Positions 1 to 7,342 of a stretch of 20,000 bases of DNA are shown here, one piece after another; position 1 is the stretch's first letter, and the number at the start of each line of letters is the position of its first letter. The position numbers were made by a program, and so were the translations under genes. The notes below the pieces were generated by a model. The model saw nothing but the letters and a program-made list of their open reading frames with translations, did not search any database and was not told the origin of the DNA. The DNA comes from an uncultured virus (IMG/VR IMGVR_UViG_3300037067_009054) (Duplodnaviria > Heunggongvirae > Uroviricota > Caudoviricetes). The stretch lies in the IMG/VR virus record IMGVR_UViG_3300037067_009054. One strand, given 5' to 3'.

Positions 1-7
1 GCTGTAG

Positions 8-22
8 CGAAGATATTTAAAG
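8..22 (+). promoter_or_regulatory. Possible archaeal BRE/TATA promoter
   Basis: cgaagata-TTTAAA-g with the TATA-like hexamer at 16-21, about 26-31 nt before the ATG at 47. Sequence resemblance only. Confidence 0.25.
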
Positions 23-46
23 TTGGGCCTTCTTTCTTAATGGTAT

Positions 47-1249
47 ATGACAATGTTTAGTAATCCAGTAGTCATTTCTCAAGGTCCCGCAGGTGCTCCA
101 GTTTATCTTTACCAGGCGTGGGCATCTGATGCCATCGGCACTGGATTTACTACTGTCTTTGATCCTGCACTTGATTATACTGCATTTAAAATTTCATATT
201 CCATTCTCACTCCGGTCGTTGGTGATTTTACTGGCCTCTGGAAGAATTATAAAGGTGCTACTGGTGCTGCTTCGTATACTTATATCGCGTATGCCTTAGA
301 TTCTGCTGGCAATGGATTCACTAACACTTATGATCCCACTCTTGATTATATAGCAATTAAGCCCACGACTTCTCCCCTCACTCCTCCTGTAGCTAGTGAC
401 TTCGTTGGCTTATGGAAGAATTATAAAGGTGCTCCTGGCACTGATCCAATAGGTAACGTTGCTGCTACTAGTCCTACTGTTAATTCTGATTCAGCTCATG
501 GTTACTCTGTTGGTTCGTGGTGGTGGAATACCACTTTACATATAAAGTTCAGTTGTGAATCTGCTGCCGTTGGTGCCGCTGTTTGGCGTCAAATCTGGCC
601 CGCTGTTCCCGGTGCGCTCTCTATCACAAATGACATGCTGGCTGGATCTATTGGTACTGATAAACTCGTAGAATCTGCAAATGTGTCCGATGCTATCACT
701 AAGAAGCATACGCAGGCATCTGATGATAATTTCAATGGGCTGTCGGCTAAGACCGCTTTTTCTGATGCAGATCCACTTTTGATCTACAGTATAGCGGACT
801 CCGCCTACCGGAAGATGACGCTCGGAGATGCTAAGAAGCTCATATTGTTTGCGGTCGATACCACTGCTACAGGGCAGGTTATCGCCGATAGTACAGATAC
901 GAAGATTGCTGCTGGCTTATCAGCATCCGCTACGATCGATACCCTTTCCGGTTGGGATGGCGTCAATAAGAAATATGTCTGCAAAGAGGCAGGCGTTTAT
1001 TTTATTCTCGCGTGTGTCTTTTTCGAAGCAAATATTGCAGGAGACAGGCGAGTTCATGTCCGAGTTAATAATTCGCAGGTTCTAGAAGGCCTGGCTGGCT
1101 CGTGGGCCTCTGGATGGGGTGAGGTCTTAGGTTTTTCTCTTACCACGTTAGCTGTCAACGATTATGTTGAGCTTTGGGCTTTACAAACATCCGGAGGCAA
1201 CCTTACCTGCCAATGGGGTAATAAGTTGTATATGATCCGAGTGGGATAA
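47..1249 (+). CDS. Tail fibre / receptor-binding protein with N-terminal repeats and C-terminal C1q/TNF-like beta-sandwich
   Basis: Two Y-x-Y-x-A-[WY]-A-x-D-x-x-G-x-G-F...GLWKNYKG repeats flanked by short G-x-x-G segments, resembling siphovirus anti-receptor repeats. The C-terminus YVCKEAGVYFILACV...LAVNDYVELWALQ fits the C1q-like pattern of tail-fibre tips. Confidence 0.7.
   Translation: MTMFSNPVVISQGPAGAPVYLYQAWASDAIGTGFTTVFDPALDYTAFKISYSILTPVVGDFTGLWKNYKGATGAASYTYIAYALDSAGNGFTNTYDPTLDYIAIKPTTSPLTPPVASDFVGLWKNYKGAPGTDPIGNVAATSPTVNSDSAHGYSVGSWWWNTTLHIKFSCESAAVGAAVWRQIWPAVPGALSITNDMLAGSIGTDKLVESANVSDAITKKHTQASDDNFNGLSAKTAFSDADPLLIYSIADSAYRKMTLGDAKKLILFAVDTTATGQVIADSTDTKIAAGLSASATIDTLSGWDGVNKKYVCKEAGVYFILACVFFEANIAGDRRVHVRVNNSQVLEGLAGSWASGWGEVLGFSLTTLAVNDYVELWALQTSGGNLTCQWGNKLYMIRVG
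101..433 (+). repeat. Two tandem ~58-aa internal repeats in the tail-fibre gene
   Basis: Identical 21-mer tggaagaattataaaggtgct at 239-259 and 413-433 (period 174 nt). Protein repeats VYLYQAWASDAIGTGF..DPALDY..GLWKNYKG and YTYIAYALDSAGNGF..DPTLDY..GLWKNYKG. Confidence 0.9.
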
Positions 1250-1300
1250 TCTCTAGTTATATCCATCTATTTTTTATACTCGAAAATCTTATTTTAGTGC

Positions 1301-1570
1301 ATGGCTGATGAAATTCCTCCCGTTGTCTCTGATCAGAGTCAAGCATTGCTCGAAGGAACATTTGAAATTGAATATGCTCCCGGAAAGATTTCTGCAAAAG
1401 GGCTTCGACTATTCCTTATTGCTCTTATAGTCGTTACTCCTGTTGTTCTCGTTATGTGTTATCTTTCAATTAAAAATCCAGATCCAAACAATGTAACTCG
1501 TCTCTATGAGATCGCATTGATGGTCTTGATATTCTTCTTCGGTAGGGCCTCTACAGGTGCCAAAGTATAG
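1301..1570 (+). CDS. Small two-TM membrane protein, holin-like
   Basis: 89 aa; hydrophobic segments LFLIALIVVTPVVLVMCYL and LYEIALMVLIFFFG; basic C-terminal tail; located directly after the tail-fibre gene. Confidence 0.55.
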   Translation: MADEIPPVVSDQSQALLEGTFEIEYAPGKISAKGLRLFLIALIVVTPVVLVMCYLSIKNPDPNNVTRLYEIALMVLIFFFGRASTGAKV

Positions 1571-1579
1571 GAGCTTATC

Positions 1580-1915
1580 ATGGAAAACGATGGTCAAATG
1601 TCTGCTGGCGATCTTCGCGAATCTCGTCCAAATTTCCTTGAAGGCATCGATCCTACCATGATAGATCACGATCATGTTCCTCAAATATTAACCGCCATCT
1701 TGAACCAGATGGCAGTTGTATGTGGTTGTATGAATCGCATGGAATCTAAACAACGTGAGACTGAAAATTATTTGCTTCTTTTTAGGGTTTCAAAATGCGG
1801 CTGGGACTGGATAAAAGATGCTAATAACATTAAGGCTGTCATTGCTTTAATCGGTGGTTTCACTGTTGTTGATTTTACTACTCGTTATTTGTTCTGGTTT
1901 GTTTGGCCCAAGTAA
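1580..1915 (+). CDS. Small membrane-anchored protein (coiled segment plus C-terminal TM), possible lysis accessory
   Basis: 111 aa; SD-like AGGAG at 1569-1573; C-terminal hydrophobic AVIALIGGFTVVDFTTRYLFWFVW. Confidence 0.55.
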   Translation: MENDGQMSAGDLRESRPNFLEGIDPTMIDHDHVPQILTAILNQMAVVCGCMNRMESKQRETENYLLLFRVSKCGWDWIKDANNIKAVIALIGGFTVVDFTTRYLFWFVWPK

Positions 1916-1920
1916 ATTTA

Positions 1921-1945
1921 ATCGGTCCATCGTAATAGGGCCGAT
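1921..1945 (+). terminator. Intergenic stem-loop after the membrane-protein pair
   Basis: atcggtcc-N9-gggccgat, 8-bp stem with one T-G pair, starting just after the stop at 1915. Terminator role is inferred. Confidence 0.45.
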
Positions 1946-2001
1946 CTTATTCAATGAATAACTATTTTTATTTGAACTCCTGTACATCTTATGGTGAAAT
2001 C

Positions 2002-3204
2002 GTGAAAAATTGGTTCATTTTAGGAATTGTTGTCTGGGCCTGTCTTCTTGCTCTGACATGTACTGCTTTTGCGACTAATTGGGATGCACTTCCTACTTAT
2101 ACTTATACTGGTAGTACGTGGTCTGGCTTGCATTCCTTTATTGATACTTATGGTACTGGTACATATCTCGTCGGTTCCATGTCTACTACTTCGTCTACCT
2201 TTTATGTTGATCAAAATTATGTTCGCATAAAAGGTACCGTTGGTTTTCCGGCTGATGGTGACTATATGATAGGTGCTGGTATTTACACTGTACCTAGCCG
2301 TATCGTTGATTATAGTGGCGCGGGTAAATTTACTACGTCTAAAACCAGTGGCAATGCTATTGATATCAGTGGAACTGGCGTTGTTCTTGAGAATATGGAA
2401 ATTCTTAATTCGCGTGGGTCTTCCAGTACTGCCAATTGTCTGTACGTACATTCCGCCCAGCCTGAGTTGCATAACGTTCGTATTAGGAATGGTGCTGGCA
2501 ATGCTATACTTGCTGAAAATACACATGATCTCATTACTGATCGTGTATATGTTAGTAACTTGTGGTCTGATTTGGGTGTAACTGGCATTGGAACTGGTGT
2601 TAAGCTTGTTAATAGTAATACCGATCCTAGATTCAATGATATTACGGTGTGTTATGGCTACTGCGGTTATAACCTTACTGGTTCATCTGGTCTTATATCT
2701 AATACTATGCAGTGTTACGATGCAAATTATCCTACGATCATAGATCCTGCATCTAATGGCGCATGTGATGATATGACTTTTAGGATTGCCGTATTCGATG
2801 TTGGATATCGTGGTTCTAATGCTGAAGGTTTGTGGATGGGTTGGCAGAATTCCAATACCATTGATAATATCCAGATATATAACATTTGGGCGTATGGTCA
2901 TGCCAGTGGAGTTTCGATAGGTCATGGTACAAACATTGGTATTTATGGTGGTGGCATTTCATCTGATAATTATGCAATGTATCTTTATCAGGGTGTCAAT
3001 CCCATAACTATCCAAGGTATTAACATTATTAGTTCTGGTCATAACTACTATGCTCTCACGTTAAACAATCCTGGTTCTGCTACTTTGCTCGGAAATGAGT
3101 TCGATTCTTCACTTGCTGCGTATTTAACAGGTACCTATTATTTCGGTGGCAATCTCGGCACTGGATCTATTCAAGGTACTGTTTCGTGGAGTCATTTCAA
3201 TTAA
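2002..3204 (+). CDS. Secreted right-handed parallel beta-helix protein (pectin-lyase-like/NosD-like fold), paralog 1
   Basis: Likely GTG start at 2002 after SD GGTGA (1993-1997) rather than ATG 1954. Signal peptide KNWFILGIVVWACLLALTCTAFA; Asn/Gly/Ile-rich PbH1-like coils (GNAIDISGTGVVLENMEILN, LHNVRIRNGAGNAIL). Confidence 0.75.
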   Translation: MKNWFILGIVVWACLLALTCTAFATNWDALPTYTYTGSTWSGLHSFIDTYGTGTYLVGSMSTTSSTFYVDQNYVRIKGTVGFPADGDYMIGAGIYTVPSRIVDYSGAGKFTTSKTSGNAIDISGTGVVLENMEILNSRGSSSTANCLYVHSAQPELHNVRIRNGAGNAILAENTHDLITDRVYVSNLWSDLGVTGIGTGVKLVNSNTDPRFNDITVCYGYCGYNLTGSSGLISNTMQCYDANYPTIIDPASNGACDDMTFRIAVFDVGYRGSNAEGLWMGWQNSNTIDNIQIYNIWAYGHASGVSIGHGTNIGIYGGGISSDNYAMYLYQGVNPITIQGINIISSGHNYYALTLNNPGSATLLGNEFDSSLAAYLTGTYYFGGNLGTGSIQGTVSWSHFN

Positions 3205-3222
3205 TTAGGTTTAGGTGATGTC

Positions 3223-4398
3223 ATGAAAGGAATACTTGGAATTGTTGTGTTAGTTCTTATGAGCTTATTGTTTATTGGCATTGCTGGCTCTGAGGTTTTT
3301 ACCTACACTGGCAATACTGGTAGTGGCTTGGCTACATTTGTTTCTAATAATGGTGCTGGAACGTATCACGCTGTTAATGATATATTAGTTACTTCTCAGG
3401 TCAATATTCCCGTTGATCAAGTCAGATTTGAAGATATAGAATATACCATTTCAATGCCTAGTGGAAATGCTATTTATAACACAGGAAATGGTATCGAGTA
3501 TGAAGGTTGTACTATTCGACAATATAATACCGATACTAGTGTTAATTGCTTAGTTTTTCATAATGCATCTAACATTGGCAATGGCGTTGTTGTTGCTAGT
3601 CCACAAGTAATTGATACAGTCGTATATAATTACGGTAGTGGTATTGGTATCTCTCTATACAATCCTTGGATTAGTTATATCAAAGGATCATCTGTTAATG
3701 GATACGGTCATAGCCAGGGTATAGGTATAAAGTATGATGGCACAAGATGTATGGAACCTCATCTTACTGATGTAAATGTTGATCATGGATATTATGGAAT
3801 ATACATTGCTGGTATACAGGGTGTGTATGGGCAACGTGTCAGTTGCACTAATCAATTCCTTCCACTCGCGATTGATCCTAGCTCTGATTATATGCTGTGT
3901 TCTAATATATTGTTCAGTGATTCTCGGTTTGATGTTGGTTATTCTGGTGGTGAAGCTGTTACTGTTGGATGGGTTAATTATCCTACCCCAGTTGGTCTTA
4001 TTCAAACTATCAACTTCGATAATTGTGACATCGTAGGAAGTAGCGCAGGCATTTCCGTCATGTATGGAAAGTATATTACCATATCTAGGAGTCGTCTTTC
4101 TTCTATTCAGAACTGTCTCTATCTATATTCATATGTAGATAGGGCTTTGTTGACTGATTCCACTATTACTTCATTTAGCCAAAGTGTTCCTGCCATATGC
4201 AGTAGTGGTGATAATGTACTCATAAATGGAAATGGCTTTACTACATCGCCTTACACTGCCTGGTTCACCGATTCTAATAAGCGTTTTCTTATCAACTTTA
4301 ATAACCACGTTGCTAAGATTTGCATTGGCCCCGGTCAAATTCAGGTTCCGATCGTTGGTGATCCTAATTACGGTGTTGGTTATAATAGTAATCCTTAG
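3223..4398 (+). CDS. Secreted right-handed parallel beta-helix protein, paralog 2
   Basis: SD AGGTGAT before ATG; signal peptide MKGILGIVVLVLMSLLFIGIAGS. Shares TYTG..SGL..F....G.GTY, GNAI...G.G and IDP.S...C....F....FDVGY.G...GW with 2002..3204. Confidence 0.75.
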   Translation: MKGILGIVVLVLMSLLFIGIAGSEVFTYTGNTGSGLATFVSNNGAGTYHAVNDILVTSQVNIPVDQVRFEDIEYTISMPSGNAIYNTGNGIEYEGCTIRQYNTDTSVNCLVFHNASNIGNGVVVASPQVIDTVVYNYGSGIGISLYNPWISYIKGSSVNGYGHSQGIGIKYDGTRCMEPHLTDVNVDHGYYGIYIAGIQGVYGQRVSCTNQFLPLAIDPSSDYMLCSNILFSDSRFDVGYSGGEAVTVGWVNYPTPVGLIQTINFDNCDIVGSSAGISVMYGKYITISRSRLSSIQNCLYLYSYVDRALLTDSTITSFSQSVPAICSSGDNVLINGNGFTTSPYTAWFTDSNKRFLINFNNHVAKICIGPGQIQVPIVGDPNYGVGYNSNP

Positions 4399-4401
4399 TC
4401 A

Positions 4402-4425
4402 ATCCTCGGCCCGATGGCCGAGGAT
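4402..4425. terminator. Perfect hairpin at the convergence of the two transcription blocks; probable bidirectional terminator
   Basis: atcctcggcc-cgat-ggccgaggat, perfect 10-bp stem between the stop at 4398 (+) and the stop at 4435 (-). Confidence 0.7.
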
Positions 4426-4434
4426 AATATTTAT

Positions 4435-4725
4435 CTAGTCTGGTACAAAACACATTGATGAACTTGTTTGCTTTTCTTCTTTGTCTCGTGTTATTGTTCT
4501 GTATATCCATCCTTTTTTTACTCTTAGTCTCATAGTGTTTGTCATTAACGTTGATCCTTTCATGTTTTCCCATGTTCCCTTTGGTTCGTATATGTTTTCT
4601 ATCATCAATGATATTCTTGATGCTATTTTATCAGTTGTATTTGTGTCTATGTTCTCTCCTATTCTTCCATTTGCTACTTCTTCATTGATTATTTTCTCTA
4701 TTTCTTCATGTAAGTTAAATGTCAT
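4435..4725 (-). CDS. Hypothetical protein
   Basis: 96 aa; A-ending codon usage like neighbours; start overlaps the upstream stop; GAGG SD. Confidence 0.7.
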   Translation of the reverse strand: MTFNLHEEIEKIINEEVANGRIGENIDTNTTDKIASRISLMIENIYEPKGTWENMKGSTLMTNTMRLRVKKGWIYRTITRDKEEKQTSSSMCFVPD

Positions 4726-5063
4726 TTCTTATTCCTCAGTGACCATATATGTTTTCTAAAGCAACTTGGGCATATATCTAATTCTAATACAAATGGTTCT
4801 TCACTTATTGTGTTCATTCTCCTCATTGCAACTGTTATCGTTCCATGTTCTCTGTTTTCTTTATTGTCCCATGTCCATGTGTTTGCATGAAATGTTGTTT
4901 GTGGTAAATCTATTTCTTCTCTTTTTGCATTCCAACCATTGCTATCAAAATCCCATTCTGTGTGATTTGATTTACATTCTGTTCCACATATATCACATTT
5001 TATACTATCTAACACTTTTCTTTCTATCTTTTTTGTTTTTGTTACTTCTTTTATCATTATCAA
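4722..5063 (-). CDS. Hypothetical Zn-binding protein
   Basis: CDICG and CPSC Cys pairs; SD GGAGG near 5064-5070 (start may be the TTG at 5063 or the ATG at 5057). Confidence 0.7.
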   Translation of the reverse strand: MIMIKEVTKTKKIERKVLDSIKCDICGTECKSNHTEWDFDSNGWNAKREEIDLPQTTFHANTWTWDNKENREHGTITVAMRRMNTISEEPFVLELDICPSCFRKHIWSLRNKK

Positions 5064-5554
5064 TCCTCCCTCAGTTCGTCTCTTACTTTCATTAGTAATT
5101 TCCCTAACATGTCCTGTCCGAAAAAATATCCATCATCTGATACTACCACTCCCCAAAATGTATCCGTTGGCGAGCATTCATGTAATGGTAAATCTCCTGT
5201 ATCTAATAATTGTTTTGCTAAACAATCATTTTTGAATTTTAGCCTCAATCCTTCAAGCATTATTTTTTCTTTTTTCTTTTCCCAGTTTTTTATTACTTCT
5301 CCTTTTTCTTCTCTTAGTGCCCTTCCTGCCATCATTGCTGCATATGCTGTTGGTGCTATTCTTATCCATTCTTGCATTGCTGGATCTTTTGCTCTCTTTG
5401 ATTGATAGTAGTGTTCGTTTGCTTCATATATTTTCCATCCTCCTTTTGTTTTTTCGAATATTTTGTCTCTCCAAAGGTTTGATAGGAAACCGTGTTCCTC
5501 TTCTCTTATATAGAAGCATATATGCTCTTTTCCGTCTAATGTCTTTTTAATCAT
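5060..5554 (-). CDS. NADAR (YbiA-like) family protein
   Basis: Motifs GFLSNLW, NEHYYQ, LRLKF, LLDTGD..LHECSP.D.FWG and G..MLGKLLMKVR match the NADAR family pattern. Confidence 0.9.
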   Translation of the reverse strand: MIKKTLDGKEHICFYIREEEHGFLSNLWRDKIFEKTKGGWKIYEANEHYYQSKRAKDPAMQEWIRIAPTAYAAMMAGRALREEKGEVIKNWEKKKEKIMLEGLRLKFKNDCLAKQLLDTGDLPLHECSPTDTFWGVVVSDDGYFFGQDMLGKLLMKVRDELRED

Positions 5555-7014
5555 TCTCCAAACACCTCGTTATAACACATTATTCTTGCTTGTGCGTGGT
5601 CCCTCAGCCATTTACCTTGATCTAGTATGTCTACTATTATTGCTTCGTTTGTTCCTTTCTTTGGTCTCAGTCCTCTTCCTACTCTCTGAATCATTGCTAC
5701 TTCAGATTTTCCTCCTGCTGCCATTATGATGGCATCTAGGTTTGGTATATCCACTCCTTCTCCTAGTAGTGTTGACACTAGTCCCATTAATTTTCCTCTT
5801 TTGAAATCTTCCAGTTCCTTTATTCTTAGTTTATTTAGTGCTGATTGGCTTTCTCCTTTTAGTGCTGTACCGTAAATGAACTTAGATCCTTCTATTTTCT
5901 GTGCTATCTGTTTTCCATGTGCTATCTGTGTTACATGTATGTATACTGAATGTCCTTCTGCTATCAGTCTTTTTGCTTCTTTTGCTATTAATTCATTTCT
6001 CGCATCGTTCATTACTATTTGATTTTTATAAGCTTCTGCATAGTTCTTTCCTGTTCCTCCTGGTGGTGCCTGTAAGAACTTGAATTTTGGTTTTGCCAGA
6101 TAACCTTGTTCTATTAATTCCTTTATTGTTATCACTTTAATAATCGGCCCTATCGCTGCAAAGAATTTCAGCTCGTTCCCGTCCTCCCGGCGAGGCGTCG
6201 CCGTGAGTCCGATTCTATAGAATGCATTTGTTTTCATTGCTATCTTATAGAATGTGTCTGCCGGGCAGTGATGTACTTCGTCCATCACTAGCATCTTAAA
6301 TTGGTCCAATGGGAATGTTTTTGCTCTTACCAGGCTCTGGACCATTGCAATTGTTATATCTCCGATTTCTTTTTTCTTGTTTCCGTATCTACTTGCTTTT
6401 ATCTCAAATATTTTATTTATTACTTCAAACCATTGGTCCATTAATTCGCTCGTATGAACCACTATCAGTGTCGGTGTTCCCATTTCTTTTATGATATTAA
6501 GGGCCGACATTGATTTTCCGGCCCCTGTTGCCAGCTCTAAAATACACCCTTCTCCTCGTTCTAACATTGCCTTCGCCTTCGCTACGGCCTCGTCCTGGTA
6601 GTTTCTTAGGTCCGGTCCTGTCCATGTCAGTTCCAATGTCTTTTGAGGCTTCCTTGGCATTCCAAGCAGTTCTATGGTGTACCCGTATGCCTTTAGTATT
6701 TCTGTTACGTTTGATAAAAGCCCTATTGGGAAATAGTAGTCCCCTCTTCTGGTTTTGTTCATCAATCTGATCCTGTAATCCCAGAATCCTAGTGTGCATA
6801 GTGTTCCGCATCTCTTGCAGTAAGGGCCTTCAGCTTTCATAACTAATTTTGTCCATCCACATTCCGGGCATTGATATTGTCTATTATCTATATGCTCAGA
6901 GTCCTTTATCCTATAGCTCGTTGCTTTGTCTATTGCTCCCATCGTAGATTTCGATACGTTTCCATTTATGAAAATCTGCGGCTGATTACTTGATTTGCTC
7001 AAAGTTATTTTCAC
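5551..7014 (-). CDS. Superfamily 2 DExH helicase (XPB/UvsW-like) with N-terminal Zn ribbon
   Basis: LRNYQ Q-motif, Walker A ATGAGKS, DEVHH, motif III GLTATP, GEGVDIP, motif VI QRVGRGLR; N-terminal CPECG..CKRCG. Confidence 0.92.
   Translation of the reverse strand: MKITLSKSSNQPQIFINGNVSKSTMGAIDKATSYRIKDSEHIDNRQYQCPECGWTKLVMKAEGPYCKRCGTLCTLGFWDYRIRLMNKTRRGDYYFPIGLLSNVTEILKAYGYTIELLGMPRKPQKTLELTWTGPDLRNYQDEAVAKAKAMLERGEGCILELATGAGKSMSALNIIKEMGTPTLIVVHTSELMDQWFEVINKIFEIKASRYGNKKKEIGDITIAMVQSLVRAKTFPLDQFKMLVMDEVHHCPADTFYKIAMKTNAFYRIGLTATPRREDGNELKFFAAIGPIIKVITIKELIEQGYLAKPKFKFLQAPPGGTGKNYAEAYKNQIVMNDARNELIAKEAKRLIAEGHSVYIHVTQIAHGKQIAQKIEGSKFIYGTALKGESQSALNKLRIKELEDFKRGKLMGLVSTLLGEGVDIPNLDAIIMAAGGKSEVAMIQRVGRGLRPKKGTNEAIIVDILDQGKWLRDHAQARIMCYNEVFGE
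6184..6207. repeat. Intragenic inverted repeat (helicase motif III)
   Basis: ctc[c]cggcga-ggcg-tcgccg[t]gag; 9 of 10 pairs. Confidence 0.7.
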
Positions 7015-7342
7015 TGTATTTCACTGCCCCTTTCCCTGTTTTCATTTCTTCTATCATCAATTCCGTTTCTGTTATTTTTGTAATTACTCCATAGAATCTT
7101 TTTGGTGTTTTTCGCTGCTTACATGAATAATAATCCGCTCCGAATTCTATTGGATCTCCTTCTTTTAGGTCCCCTATTAAATATCTGTATTCTCCTCTTG
7201 CCCGGTTCATGAATTTTCTTTCCAGTCCTCCTGGTTTTGTCGGGTCTATGCTTATTATTGCCATCCAATTTTTTCCTCTTTTATGTGTTTCAAAAATTGG
7301 TGCTTCTGTTAGTGCTCCGTGGTCATGTTTTAGTATTACCAT
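6986..7342 (-). CDS. Hypothetical virus protein
   Basis: 118 aa; SD AGGAG upstream; codon usage matches neighbours; no function recognised. Confidence 0.75.
   Translation of the reverse strand: MVILKHDHGALTEAPIFETHKRGKNWMAIISIDPTKPGGLERKFMNRARGEYRYLIGDLKEGDPIEFGADYYSCKQRKTPKRFYGVITKITETELMIEEMKTGKGAVKYSENNFEQIK

Noticed and set aside
101..1249. Diversity-generating retroelement targeting the tail fibre
   Set aside because: No reverse transcriptase and no template/variable repeat pair with adenine-specific mismatches in the window; the internal repeats differ at all base types.
1954..2001. ATG at 1954 as start of the first beta-helix gene
   Set aside because: GTG at 2002 has a GGTGA SD and places the signal peptide at the N-terminus, matching the paralog.
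93..4573. Alternative-frame and antisense ORFs within the + strand genes (e.g. 93..299, 828..1085, 2020..2526, 2310..2636, 3688..4005, 4364..4573)
   Set aside because: Nested in or opposite better-supported genes; no recognisable product.
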